Source: an uncultured delta proteobacterium (lineage in GTDB: Bacteria > Desulfobacterota > Binatia > Binatales > Binataceae). From it: a stretch of DNA of 64,000 bases. The translations under genes and the position numbers were made by a program. A model generated the notes under the pieces. The model did not search any database, had not been told where the DNA came from, and saw nothing but the letters and a program-made list of their open reading frames with translations. Shown here one piece after another: positions 8,897 through 20,519 of the stretch; positions within the stretch are counted from its first letter, which is position 1; each line of letters starts with the position of its first letter. The stretch is taken from contig CAVXXK010000006.1 of the NCBI GenBank assembly GCA_963765675.1, positions 1 through 64,000 of the forward strand, written 5' to 3'.

Positions 8897-11543
8897 GCCG
8901 CTTTCGACATACCGGATCCAGCTAAATAGCCAGTTCGGATTTGACGCGGCCGCGGAGCTCGTGCCGTACCTGGAAGAACTGGGAATTGACTATCTGTATT
9001 GCTCGCCGTACTTTCAGGCGGCGCCGGGCAGCACTCACGGCTACGACGTCGTTGATCATTCACACGTCAACGAAGAGCTGGGCGGAACCCCCGCGTTCGA
9101 GCGGATGTGCGCGGCGATCGAGCGCAACGGCTTGCGCCAGATACTGGATATCGTCCCCAACCACATGGCGATAACCGGCCGCGAGAATCCGTGGTGGTGG
9201 GATGTTCTGCAAAATGGACCGTCGAGTGGGTACGCGGCGTACTTCGATGTCGACTGGGAGCCGCCGGAGCATCGCATTCACAATATCCTCCTGATGCCGG
9301 TGCTCGCCGATCAATATGGCGTCGTGCTCGCGGCAGGCAAGCTAAAGATAGGCCGCGAAGGCGCCGATTTTGTCGTTGGATTCGACAATCGCACTTTTCC
9401 GCTCGCGCCCAGATCGCTCAGACTGATCCTTTCCGCGGCCGTCAGAATCTATTCCTCGGATTTGCTCGCATATCTCTCCGATGTTTTCGCAGAGCTTCCC
9501 GCGGCGGCATCGACCGACCGCGCCAGTATCGCGCGGCGAAACCGCGATCGTCATTTGATGGTGACGATGCTCGCGAAGTTGATGCATGACGATCCCGTTA
9601 TCGTCACTGCGATCGATCGTGCGATCGAACAGATCAACTCCGACGCCGCTCAATTGCATGAAGTGCTGGAGGCGCAGAACTATCGGCTCGCGGATTGGCG
9701 AATGGCCGCGCGCGATTTGGGCTATCGGCGCTTTTTTGACATCTCGACCCTGGTTGGACTGCGTATGGAGAACGTGCAGGTATTCGAGGCGACCCATGCG
9801 CTGACTCTTAAGTGGGTGAGCGAAGGCCGTCTGTCGGGCCTCAGGATCGATCATATCGACGGCCTGCGCGATCCGATCGGCTATCTCCAGCGCCTGCGCG
9901 CGGCGGCGCCCAATGCATGGATCGTTACGGAGAAGATTCTTGCGGACGATGAGCGTTTGCGCGAGTCGTGGCCGATTGACGGAACTTCCGGTTACGATTT
10001 CTTAAATATCGCCGGCCGGCTGTTTGCCGATCCCGCGGGAGCGGAACCTCTGACAGAGTTCTACCGCGAGTTCACCGGCGATACCGCGGACTTCCAGTCG
10101 ATCGCGCGAGCGAAGAAGCAGCTCGCGATGCGCGGCACGCTGGGCAGCGAAATCAACCGCCTGACCGCCAAATTTCTGGAAGTATGCGAAGCCGACATTC
10201 TTCATCGCGACCATTCGCGTCACGAAGTACACGAGGTACTGCGCGCCGCGCTCGCCTGCGAGGAGGTCTACCGCACCTACGCGCGCGAGCCGAACGAAGT
10301 ATCGCGTGAGGATGAGCGCCTGATCGCGAAAACGATCACTGCCGCGAAATCTTATCGGCCGGACCTCGATCCGCGCCTGTTCGACTTTCTCGCCTGGATT
10401 TTGGCGCTGCATGTGGCCAATGATGCCGCCGTCGAGCTTGCGATGCGCTTTCAGCAAACCTCGGCCGCGGTGATGGCGAAGGGACTCGAGGATACGGCCT
10501 TCTATAGTTTCAACCGGATGATCGCGCTCAATGATGTTGGCGGCAATCCGGACGCCTTCGGAACCACTCAACATGCTTTCTATCGATGGTCGCGCGAGAT
10601 TCACAGGAAATGGCCGCGCACGATGCTTGCGACGTCCACTCATGACACCAAGCGTAGTGAAGATGTTCGTGCGCGCCTGTTCGTCCTCTCTGAGATTCCG
10701 ACCCTGTGGGCCAACGCGTGCCGTCAATGGTCGGAAATAAACCGCGCATATCGCAGCGGCGAATTCCCCGATAGCAACCTGGAATATCACCTTTATCAAG
10801 TGATCGTCGGAGCGTGGCCGATTGAGAAAGAACGCATTATCCAGTACGCGGAAAAGGCGGCGCGCGAGGCGAAAGTTCATACCTCATGGACGGAGCGAAA
10901 CGAGGAATACGAAGCCGCGCTCCGAAAATTCATCGAAGGGATGTACGGCGATTCGCGGTTTCGCCGCGGGGTCGAGGAATTCGTCGCGGGGATATGCGAT
11001 CCAGGTCGGGTTAACTCACTCGCACAGACTCTAATCAAGCTGACCGCGCCGGGCGTCCCCGATTTCTACCAGGGATGCGAGCTGTGGGACCTTTCACTGG
11101 TCGATCCGGACAATCGCCGTCCTGTCGATTTCGACCGTCGGCGCGCACTGCTGAGCCAAATCAGGACCGCGACTCCAGAGCAGGTGATGGAGCGCGCCGA
11201 CGAAGGTCTGCCCAAGCTGTGGTTGATAAAACAAGGACTGGCGCTTCGCCGACAGCACCCGGAATGGTTCGGCGCCGAGGCCGACCTCCGCCGCCTCCGC
11301 GTTCGGGGCAGCCAGGCCGATCATGCGATTGCCTATGTGCGCGCCGGATCAGTAGTCGTGCTCGCCCCGCGCTTGACCGTGAAGTTGGGCGGTGATTGGC
11401 GCAACGCCGCGGTCGAGCTCCCGGAAGGCAAATGGCTGAATCATCTTACCGGTGACAGGTGGACCGGGGGTTTGAACGGCGTTGCGGAGCTCCTGCGCCG
11501 GTTTCCGGTCGCGTTGCTGTCGCGCGAGGCCAACCCGCAATGA
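8886..11543 (+). CDS. treY: Maltooligosyltrehalose synthase
   Basis: STYRIQL, GSTHGYDVVD, DIVPNHM, LRIDHIDGL, STHDTKRSED and SLVDPDNRRPVD. Confidence 0.96.
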   Translation: MLREPLSTYRIQLNSQFGFDAAAELVPYLEELGIDYLYCSPYFQAAPGSTHGYDVVDHSHVNEELGGTPAFERMCAAIERNGLRQILDIVPNHMAITGRENPWWWDVLQNGPSSGYAAYFDVDWEPPEHRIHNILLMPVLADQYGVVLAAGKLKIGREGADFVVGFDNRTFPLAPRSLRLILSAAVRIYSSDLLAYLSDVFAELPAAASTDRASIARRNRDRHLMVTMLAKLMHDDPVIVTAIDRAIEQINSDAAQLHEVLEAQNYRLADWRMAARDLGYRRFFDISTLVGLRMENVQVFEATHALTLKWVSEGRLSGLRIDHIDGLRDPIGYLQRLRAAAPNAWIVTEKILADDERLRESWPIDGTSGYDFLNIAGRLFADPAGAEPLTEFYREFTGDTADFQSIARAKKQLAMRGTLGSEINRLTAKFLEVCEADILHRDHSRHEVHEVLRAALACEEVYRTYAREPNEVSREDERLIAKTITAAKSYRPDLDPRLFDFLAWILALHVANDAAVELAMRFQQTSAAVMAKGLEDTAFYSFNRMIALNDVGGNPDAFGTTQHAFYRWSREIHRKWPRTMLATSTHDTKRSEDVRARLFVLSEIPTLWANACRQWSEINRAYRSGEFPDSNLEYHLYQVIVGAWPIEKERIIQYAEKAAREAKVHTSWTERNEEYEAALRKFIEGMYGDSRFRRGVEEFVAGICDPGRVNSLAQTLIKLTAPGVPDFYQGCELWDLSLVDPDNRRPVDFDRRRALLSQIRTATPEQVMERADEGLPKLWLIKQGLALRRQHPEWFGAEADLRRLRVRGSQADHAIAYVRAGSVVVLAPRLTVKLGGDWRNAAVELPEGKWLNHLTGDRWTGGLNGVAELLRRFPVALLSREANPQ

Positions 11544-13267
11544 ACGCGCGGCGGCTATGGGCGCCGTTCGCACGCACGGTCGAATTGGTAGCGGCACAAA
11601 CGCGCATGCCGCTGCATCGGGAAGAGGAGGGTTGGTGGTCGGTCGAAATCGACGACGCTATCGCTCGCGCTGACTATGCCTTCAGTATCGACGGCCACGA
11701 TCCGATTGCCGATCCGCGGTCGCCGTACCAACCCGAAGGGGTGATGGGCTCTTCGCGTCCGATCGATCATTCAGCATTCCTATGGTCCGACGACGGATGG
11801 CGCTCGCCGCCGCTCGGCTCGGCGATAATCTATGAATGCCACGTCGGTACTTTCACCGCGGACGGCACGTTCGACGCCGCGATCGATCGGCTCGAGTACC
11901 TGAAGGACCTGGGAATCAGCTACCTCGAGTTGATGCCGGTCGCCGAATTCTCTGGCGATCGCGGATGGGGCTATGACGGCGTGGATCTCTGCGCTCCCCA
12001 CCACGCCTACGGTGGGCCGGATGGAATGAAGCGGCTCGTCGATGCGTGCCACAGGATTGGGCTCGGGGTCATCCTCGACGTAGTTTACAATCACTTCGGG
12101 CCGGCCGGAAATTTTCTTCCGACCCTCGGTCCGTATCTGACTAATCGCTATCGCACGCCCTGGGGCGACGCGATCAATTTCGACGACTCTGGTAGTGTCG
12201 AGGTCAGGCGCCTGGTTTGCGACAACGCTCTGATGTGGCTGCGCGACTACCATGTCGACGGTCTTCGCCTCGACGCGGTCCACGCCATCTTCGACGCGTC
12301 GGCGATTCACGTGCTCGAGCAACTCGCAACCGAGGTTCGCTCGCTTGAGGTGCAACTCGGACGCCAGTTGCTCGTAATCGCGGAAAGCGACCTCAACCAG
12401 CCTCGACTCGTCACTTCACAGGAGGCTGGCGGCTACGGTCTGGACGCGCAGTGGAGCGACGATCTCCATCACGCTCTACACGCCTACCTCACCCGTGAGC
12501 ACGCGGGCTATTACGAGGATTTCGGATCACTCGCGAAGGTCGCCAAAGCGCTTGCGAGCCCGTATGTGTACGACGGTATCTATTCGCGCCATCGAAAACG
12601 CATTCATGGCAGGCCATCCGGATCACTTCCAGCTGACCGTTTCATCGTATGCATTCAGAACCATGATCAAATAGGTAATCGCGCGGCAGGCGAGCGGCTA
12701 GGTCATCTGATTTCGGCCGATAGGCTGAAGATCGCTGCGGCGTTGCTGATGGCGTCGCCGTTTGTGCCTCTGATCTTTCAAGGTGAGGAATGGAACGCCT
12801 CGAGTCCATTCCAGTACTTCACCGATCACCGGGATCCCGCTCTGGCACAGGCCGTCCGCGAGGGTCGTCGCAGAGAGTTCGCGCAGTTCATCGGCGCTGC
12901 CGCCGAGGTTCCCGATCCGCAGGCACCGCAGACGTTCGCGCGATCAAAGTTGAAGTGGGAGGAACGCAAGCATGGCGAACATGCGGAGATACTCGCGTGG
13001 TACCGAAAGCTTATTGGTTACCGCCGCGGCCGAAGGCCTACGTTGCGTCTGGATCAGATGATCGTGGAGTTCGACGAAGGCGCCCAATGGCTGTCGTTAT
13101 ACAACGGCGCGAGCGGCGTGATTTGCAACTTCGCGGAGTCCGAGGCCTGTGTTCCAATCGCCGCGCCCGACCACGCCATGGGGATCGTGCTCGCGTCGAA
13201 AGAGCCGATGAGGGTGTCGGCAGAAGCGATAATCCTGCCGCCGATTTCGGTCGCGATTGTCGAGTGA
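11540..13267 (+). CDS. treZ: Maltooligosyltrehalose trehalohydrolase
   Basis: WGYDGV, GLRLDAVHA, QNHDQIGNRA and FQGEEW; ATGA overlap with treY. Confidence 0.95.
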   Translation: MNARRLWAPFARTVELVAAQTRMPLHREEEGWWSVEIDDAIARADYAFSIDGHDPIADPRSPYQPEGVMGSSRPIDHSAFLWSDDGWRSPPLGSAIIYECHVGTFTADGTFDAAIDRLEYLKDLGISYLELMPVAEFSGDRGWGYDGVDLCAPHHAYGGPDGMKRLVDACHRIGLGVILDVVYNHFGPAGNFLPTLGPYLTNRYRTPWGDAINFDDSGSVEVRRLVCDNALMWLRDYHVDGLRLDAVHAIFDASAIHVLEQLATEVRSLEVQLGRQLLVIAESDLNQPRLVTSQEAGGYGLDAQWSDDLHHALHAYLTREHAGYYEDFGSLAKVAKALASPYVYDGIYSRHRKRIHGRPSGSLPADRFIVCIQNHDQIGNRAAGERLGHLISADRLKIAAALLMASPFVPLIFQGEEWNASSPFQYFTDHRDPALAQAVREGRRREFAQFIGAAAEVPDPQAPQTFARSKLKWEERKHGEHAEILAWYRKLIGYRRGRRPTLRLDQMIVEFDEGAQWLSLYNGASGVICNFAESEACVPIAAPDHAMGIVLASKEPMRVSAEAIILPPISVAIVE

Positions 13268-13296
13268 TTGGCAGCGGGCGCAGTTCCGCGCGCTCG

Positions 13297-14265
13297 CTAT
13301 TTTCCCGCCGCGAGCGCGTCGAAACTGTGGCCCGAGACGAAGTTCTGGAACCATCGCGGCCGCCGGCTCATCGAGGAGACAACGTCCAGCACTCTGGCCG
13401 GCTCGCCCAGGTCGTTCCACTCAAGGTCGTCCATCTTCATTACCGCCAGATTGGGTGGGCATTGCGCCAGAATCTGTTCGGAGAATCCTGTCGACTCGAG
13501 ACGCTCATAGAGCCGCTCAGCCGCGGCTTCTTCATCAACCGCTGCGGCCATTTCGGCGCCAAAAGAGCAGAACAGTTCTGGCGTGTATTCCGCAAACATC
13601 GCATGCAACGTCGGCAAGGCCGCCACGACGATGAAGCTGTTCCACAGGCATCCGCCCCGGTAGAGACGCGCCGCGGTTTCAGCGTCGGGCTTTTCCCAGA
13701 ACCGCCGCACACGAAGGAGGTCGGGACGGTCAAACGAGATTCGTCCGTCAGGTTCGAGCCATCCATATGATCGTTCGGGCGCGTTCGGAGTTGAGCCGAG
13801 CAGAACGCATAGCTGGGGGAATTCGTCGATCGCCTCGAAAGCCTTCTCGATGTGCCGGGCAAAACGCTCGGTATTGTCGACGAAGTGATCCGAAGGAAAG
13901 ACCGCCACGGTGGCTCCGCGTCCGAGTTCGAGCAGGCGGCGCAGTCCAATGAAGACCGCGGGCGCGGTACCGCGGTTACCGGGCTGCTCGACCACCTGAT
14001 GCGGCGTCATCCCGCGCAACAGCGGCTGGTAGAATCTCTGATGCGCGCGATTGACGACCACCACCGTATGATCGGCAGGAACCGCAGCGTGGGTGCGCAG
14101 GAGGGTTTCCTCCAGCATCGTCCGTTCGCCGAGAAGCGGACAGAATTGCTTGGGAACCTCCGCGCCCCATACAAATCTGGTCAAGGAGCGAAGCCGCGTT
14201 CCGTCTCCACCGGCGAGAACGATAGCTGCTCGACTATGACGCGCGGAATCCTCTGACTGTAACAT
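13297..14265 (-). CDS. Mannose-1-phosphate guanylyltransferase-like sugar-phosphate nucleotidyltransferase
   Basis: LAGGDGTRL, PKQF, NRGTAPA, FPSDH, FWEKP and WNDLG motifs. Confidence 0.88.
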   Translation of the reverse strand: MLQSEDSARHSRAAIVLAGGDGTRLRSLTRFVWGAEVPKQFCPLLGERTMLEETLLRTHAAVPADHTVVVVNRAHQRFYQPLLRGMTPHQVVEQPGNRGTAPAVFIGLRRLLELGRGATVAVFPSDHFVDNTERFARHIEKAFEAIDEFPQLCVLLGSTPNAPERSYGWLEPDGRISFDRPDLLRVRRFWEKPDAETAARLYRGGCLWNSFIVVAALPTLHAMFAEYTPELFCSFGAEMAAAVDEEAAAERLYERLESTGFSEQILAQCPPNLAVMKMDDLEWNDLGEPARVLDVVSSMSRRPRWFQNFVSGHSFDALAAGK

Positions 14266-14312
14266 CTCGGCATACCCTGCGTTTCGGTTGAGATCTGCGT
14301 CCTCAACCCACG

Positions 14313-14328
14313 AGCAAGGTGAATGCCA
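14313..14328 (-). promoter_or_regulatory. sigma54 promoter for the nucleotidyltransferase
   Basis: Minus strand TGGCATTCACCTTGCT. Confidence 0.7.
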
Positions 14329-14510
14329 CCGGGTTTTTTGCGAAGCGCAAAAGTGTTTCTGAATTTCAATAACGCGCGTTTTTCGGGGAATTGCCGCAAA
14401 AAAAATCCGGATCAGCGGGACGCGAATCGCACGAGAATGCGCGCGCGTTCCCGCAGACTTTCCGGAAATTCTTCTGTAATTTCTTCATGCTTCCCGCAAG
14501 CCACTTGAGT

Positions 14511-14711
14511 TCAGGAGCTTTTCTTGCGCGGCACCTTTGCGCCCTTCTTGCGCGCTTCCGAAAGTCCGATCGCGACCGCTTGTTTTCTGCTGGTGACCTT
14601 TTTGCCCGAACGGCCCGATTTGAGCGTGCCGCGCTTCCTTTTGTGCATGGCTTTTTTTACGGAACTCGATGCCTTCGAGCCGTATTTCTTTTTGGATGAT
14701 TTCTTGGGCAT
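14511..14711 (-). CDS. Small basic protein (DUF6496-like)
   Basis: MHKRKRGTLKSGRSGKKVTSRKQAVAIGLSEARKKGAKVP; GGAGAGG RBS. Confidence 0.85.
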   Translation of the reverse strand: MPKKSSKKKYGSKASSSVKKAMHKRKRGTLKSGRSGKKVTSRKQAVAIGLSEARKKGAKVPRKKSS

Positions 14712-14755
14712 AACCTCTCCTCAAGGGATAGTGTTCAATTTGTCCGCAGCGGATT

Positions 14756-14926
14756 TCAAATAACTGGCCGCCTTCTCCTTCCGCCTATAAGTGAGACGAT
14801 GAACAGCACGAGGAAAAGGAAGAACAGGACGCGCGCGATCTCCGCGGCAACGCCTGCAACTGCGAAGAATCCTAGAGCGCCGGCAATCAGGGAGATCACC
14901 AGAAACACGAGCGTGTAGTAGAGCAT
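14756..14926 (-). CDS. DUF1328 (UPF0391/YtjA-like) small membrane protein
   Basis: [46 protein letters not shown]. Confidence 0.9.
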   Translation of the reverse strand: MLYYTLVFLVISLIAGALGFFAVAGVAAEIARVLFFLFLVLFIVSLIGGRRRRPVI

Positions 14927-14951
14927 GGCCGTGTACCTCCGGCCGGGATGG

Positions 14952-14967
14952 AGCAAACAATATGCCA
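14952..14967 (-). promoter_or_regulatory. sigma54 promoter for DUF1328-DUF6496
   Basis: Minus strand TGGCATATTGTTTGCT. Confidence 0.7.
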
Positions 14968-15073
14968 TCAAGCCACCGGTAAGCTCGGCGGATTTCTTAT
15001 GACTTGGACGCGTCCGGTGACATATAAATAATATAGGATCCGAGCGCAGCGACTAGAGAAACTACCCATCCAC

Positions 15074-16411
<1,338 letters not shown>

Positions 16412-16486
16412 ACAAGTCTCCGGCTCCGCGTTCAGGCGTCGCAATCATTCGCCGCATCTGCTCTTATAGCGCCCTCGGAGGATTGG

Positions 16487-17923
16487 GTGGGACGCGAGTT
16501 ACAGACGGCCGATATCGTTGTGATAGGCGGAGGACCTGCCGGGCTGGCGGCCGCGCACGAGGCGGCGACGCACGGCGCGTCGTCGATCGTGCTCGAGCGC
16601 CTGGACCGCGTGGGCGGCCTTGCCCGCACCATCGAGCGCGCCGGCAGCCGCTGGGACATCGGACCGCATCGCTTTTTCACCCGCAATCAGGAAGTCAAAG
16701 CTCTCTTCGACAGCATCCTCGGTGAGGACGCGGTGCGCGTGCCTCGGCTGACTCGAATCCTCTATGACAATAGCTATTTCAATTACCCACTCACTCCAAT
16801 CAACGCGATCGCAGGAGTCGGCGTACTCTCGGGAGTGTCGATACTGACCAGCTATTTGCAGGCGCGGATGCGCCGTCTTTCCGGCGAAGTCACTATAGAT
16901 ACTTTCGAAGACTGGACCGTGGACAAATTCGGCCGTCGTCTGTACGAGACATTCTTCAAGACTTATACCGAGAAAGTCTGGGGCATACCGTGCGCGCAAA
17001 TCGGCGCGGATTGGGCCTCGCAGAGGATCAAGGGCTTGAGCCTCGCCGCGGCGGTTGGCAATGCGATTTTCAAGCCGCGCGAGAGTCGCGTTAAGAGCCT
17101 GATCGACGAGTTCCTGTACCCGCGGCTGGGGACAGGGCAGCTCTACGAAAAGATGGCGTCGGGTTTGCGCCTGGCGGGAACTCGCGTATCAACTGGCGTC
17201 TCGGTCAAAGCTATCGTGCGCGACGGTATGAGCGTCCGCGCGCTAATCGTCGCCGACGCGACGGGCGCCCGCGAGGAAATCACCGGGCGATTTTTTCTTT
17301 CCAGCGCTCCGCTGACCGACATGATTGGAATGATGCAGCCTGCCGCGCCCGCCGAGGTGCTACAAGCGTGCGCAAGGCTGCGCTACCGGCATCATATCGG
17401 TGTGAATCTGCTCGTGCGTGGCAATCCGTTCCCCGACAACTGGATATACGTTCATTCCAAAGACGTGGCGATGGCGCGGATTAGTAACTACTCGAACTTT
17501 TCGAAAGCGATGACCGAACGCGAAGGATTCTCGCCGCTGACCATCGAGTATTTTGCCTTTCCGAACGATAGCACCTGGAACGCGCCGGATGCTGAATTGA
17601 TCGACCGAGCGATTCGCGAGCTGAACCTCAAGGGAATCGTTCGCCGCGACGATGTTGCCGACGCGTTCGTGGTCCGCAACGAGAACGCATACCCGGTAAT
17701 CGAGCGCGGATGCGATAGCCAGGTAAGTACAATCAAGGCGTGGCTCGATCAGTTTCAGAATCTGCTGCCGATCGGGCGGTCAGGGATGTTCAAATACAAC
17801 AATCAGGACCATGCGATGGCGACCGGGATGCTCGCGGCACGCACCGCGCTGGGAATCCGGCGCTACGATCCCTGGCTGGTCAATATCGACGCCGAGTACC
17901 ACGAAAGCGGTCCCGCGGCCTGA
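16487..17923 (+). CDS. FAD-dependent oxidoreductase (UDP-galactopyranose mutase/HemY-like)
   Basis: IGGGPAGLAAA, VGGLART, DIGPHRFF, DNWIYVH and GRSGMFKYNNQDHAM. Confidence 0.8.
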   Translation: MGRELQTADIVVIGGGPAGLAAAHEAATHGASSIVLERLDRVGGLARTIERAGSRWDIGPHRFFTRNQEVKALFDSILGEDAVRVPRLTRILYDNSYFNYPLTPINAIAGVGVLSGVSILTSYLQARMRRLSGEVTIDTFEDWTVDKFGRRLYETFFKTYTEKVWGIPCAQIGADWASQRIKGLSLAAAVGNAIFKPRESRVKSLIDEFLYPRLGTGQLYEKMASGLRLAGTRVSTGVSVKAIVRDGMSVRALIVADATGAREEITGRFFLSSAPLTDMIGMMQPAAPAEVLQACARLRYRHHIGVNLLVRGNPFPDNWIYVHSKDVAMARISNYSNFSKAMTEREGFSPLTIEYFAFPNDSTWNAPDAELIDRAIRELNLKGIVRRDDVADAFVVRNENAYPVIERGCDSQVSTIKAWLDQFQNLLPIGRSGMFKYNNQDHAMATGMLAARTALGIRRYDPWLVNIDAEYHESGPAA

Positions 17924-17942
17924 GATGCGATTAGCGCGCGGC

Positions 17943-18887
17943 TTAAGCGGGCAGGGCGTCGAAGTGAACTCCGGTCATCTGTTCGGAGAGGGTCCACAAC
18001 CGCGCCGCGACGCTCCCGTCCTGCGCGGCTGGGCTGCGCTTCGCGCGGGCGGGATTACCCCACATCTCGGCGATCCCGTCCGGTCCGATATACTCTCCGC
18101 CGCGGACTTCCGGCGCCGCCGCCGCGTAAAGCGTCGGTAGCGCGCCCATCGCGGCGCTCTGCGCGAAGATCCGGTTGCTGACGCTGAAGAGAGATTCCAG
18201 AAATGCCGAGCCTTCCATCCGCGGTCCCGCGGCCTGCAAATTGGTCGCGGCGTATCCCGGATGACACGCGACCGCGAGGAGCTTCGCACCGTGCGCGTCG
18301 ATCCGCCGCTGGAGCTCGAGCGTGAACAGCAGGTTGGCGAGCTTGCTCTGTCCGTATGCGCGCCACTTGGAATAGCCATGCTCCCAGTTCAGATCGTCGA
18401 AACGAATCGTGCCCATCCGATGCGCTCCGCTGCTCACATTGACCACGCGCGCGCTGCCGGCCGCGAGGAGCGGTTCGAGCAGCAGGCCGGTCAGCGCAAA
18501 ATGGCCCAGGTGATTAGTGCCGAATTGCATCTCGAAGCCGTCGCTGGTGCGCGAGTACGGCAGCGCCATCACGCCGGCGTTGTTTACCAGAATATCCAGC
18601 GTGCGATGCTGCGCGCGGAAGGCCGCCGCGAACTCGCGAATCGACGCGAGGTTCGACAGATCGAGCGCCATCGGCTCGACGATCGCGGAAGGATACGCTG
18701 CCTTGATCTGCGCCGCGGCCGCGCGCGCCTTCTCGATGTTGCGGCAGGCAAGGATGACCTCGGCGCCCTTGCGCCCAAACTGCAGCGCCGCTTCATACCC
18801 GATTCCGCTGTTCCCGCCGGTGACAATGACCGTCTTGCCCGACAGATCCGGCAAATCGTCGGCGGTCCATTTCCCGTTTGCGGCCAT
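17943..18887 (-). CDS. Short-chain dehydrogenase/reductase (retinol dehydrogenase/WWOX-like)
   Basis: TGGNSGIG, NNAGVM, NHLGHF and YGQSK motifs. Confidence 0.92.
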   Translation of the reverse strand: MAANGKWTADDLPDLSGKTVIVTGGNSGIGYEAALQFGRKGAEVILACRNIEKARAAAAQIKAAYPSAIVEPMALDLSNLASIREFAAAFRAQHRTLDILVNNAGVMALPYSRTSDGFEMQFGTNHLGHFALTGLLLEPLLAAGSARVVNVSSGAHRMGTIRFDDLNWEHGYSKWRAYGQSKLANLLFTLELQRRIDAHGAKLLAVACHPGYAATNLQAAGPRMEGSAFLESLFSVSNRIFAQSAAMGALPTLYAAAAPEVRGGEYIGPDGIAEMWGNPARAKRSPAAQDGSVAARLWTLSEQMTGVHFDALPA

Positions 18888-19020
18888 ACCAGCGTCCTCC
18901 CGAGTTGCTAGCAGAGTGGAGACTACGATCTCGATGTTCCTGTAGCTACCGGCATTCGGCGCGCCCGTTGACGGTTGAAACATCTGGTGCGAAGGCTTAT
19001 TCGGGTCACGAGGGCCCGCG

Positions 19021-20490
19021 ATGAAGTCCAACCTCACCAAGTCCGCGGCAATTCGCGCGCGCCTGAATCATCCGATAATCGACTCCGACGGACATATCGC
19101 CGAGTTCGAGCCCGCGCTGTTCGATTACCTTGAGCGCGAGGCCGGCGCGAAGCTCGCCGATCGAGTCCGCCGGCTCGTGCTCGAGCCCGCGTGGTATCGC
19201 GCGACGCCGGACGAGCGGCGGGCTAATCGTATCCCGCGCCCGACCTGGTGGGCGCATCCCGCGCGCAACACTCTGGATCGCGCGACCAGCTCGCTTCCGC
19301 GCCTGCTCTATCGCCGGCTCGACGACTTCGGGCTCGACGTTGCGATCATCTATCCGAGCCTCGGTCTTTTTCCGATTCATTTCGACGACGCCGAAGTGCG
19401 CCTCGCGATGTGCCGCGCATTCAACCGGATGCAATCCGAGATATTCCGCGAGTACCGCGACCGCCTGATTCCGGTCGCGATCATCCCGATGCATACGCCT
19501 GCGGAGGCGCTCGCCGAGCTCGACTACGCGGTGAACACATTGGGCTTCAAGGCGATCGTGATGCCGGCGTATGCGCGCCGCCCGCTCGAGGCGGTCGCGC
19601 GGAAAAATCCCGAGCTGGCGCGGCACGCGTTATGGTTCGACAACTTTTGCATCGACAGCGCCTACGACTACGATCCGGTGTGGGCCAAATGCCTGGAGCT
19701 CAAACTCTCACCAACTTTTCATTCGCCGACCTCAGGCCTGAGCATGCGCGCGACGGTTTCGAATTTCGTTTACAACCATATCGGCCATTTCGCCGCCGGC
19801 GGCGAAGTGATTTGCAAGGCGCTGTTTCTCGGCGGAGTGACGCGGCGCTTTCCCGCCCTGCGCTTCGCGTTCATGGAGGGCGGCGCAGCGTGGGCCTGCG
19901 CGCTGTTCAACGATCTCATCTCGCATTGGTCAAAGCGCAACCGCGAGGCGCTGGCGCATCTCGACCCGGCAAATCGCGACGACAGCCAAATGCGCCAACT
20001 GTTCCAGGAATACGGCGGCGAGTACGGCGCGAGAATCCTCGCACGCATGGGTCAGGATCGTACCCATCTGATGTGGGGTAGCCCGGAGGATCCCGCCGAC
20101 CTCGACGAATTCGCGCGATGCGCGATCGCGAGCAAGGCGGATATCGGCGATCTGTTCGTGCCGAAGTTCTTCTTCGGATGCGAGGGCGACGATCGGATGT
20201 CGGCGCTCGCCTTTGATCCGCGGATGAATCCGATAGGCGCGCGCCTGAACGCGATCTACAGCTCGGATATCGGCCACTTCGATATCCCGGACATGCGCGA
20301 CGCGGCCGAGGAAGCCTACGAGATGGTCGAAGACGGCTTGATCGATGCCGCCGACTTCCGCGACTTCGTCTTCACCAATCCGATGCGAGCGAAGACCGAC
20401 GTGAACCCGGAGTTCTTCAAGGGCACCCGCGTCGAGGACGCGGTCGCGTCAGTGCTGAAGGCGAATGAGAAGCACGCTTCGCGCAAGTGA
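19021..20490 (+). CDS. Amidohydrolase family protein
   Basis: IIDSDGH, IPMHTP, PTFH, FMEGG and SSDIGHFD. Confidence 0.85.
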   Translation: MKSNLTKSAAIRARLNHPIIDSDGHIAEFEPALFDYLEREAGAKLADRVRRLVLEPAWYRATPDERRANRIPRPTWWAHPARNTLDRATSSLPRLLYRRLDDFGLDVAIIYPSLGLFPIHFDDAEVRLAMCRAFNRMQSEIFREYRDRLIPVAIIPMHTPAEALAELDYAVNTLGFKAIVMPAYARRPLEAVARKNPELARHALWFDNFCIDSAYDYDPVWAKCLELKLSPTFHSPTSGLSMRATVSNFVYNHIGHFAAGGEVICKALFLGGVTRRFPALRFAFMEGGAAWACALFNDLISHWSKRNREALAHLDPANRDDSQMRQLFQEYGGEYGARILARMGQDRTHLMWGSPEDPADLDEFARCAIASKADIGDLFVPKFFFGCEGDDRMSALAFDPRMNPIGARLNAIYSSDIGHFDIPDMRDAAEEAYEMVEDGLIDAADFRDFVFTNPMRAKTDVNPEFFKGTRVEDAVASVLKANEKHASRK

Positions 20491-20519
20491 CGCGCGCTCG
20501 ACTTTGCGAAGCGCCTGGA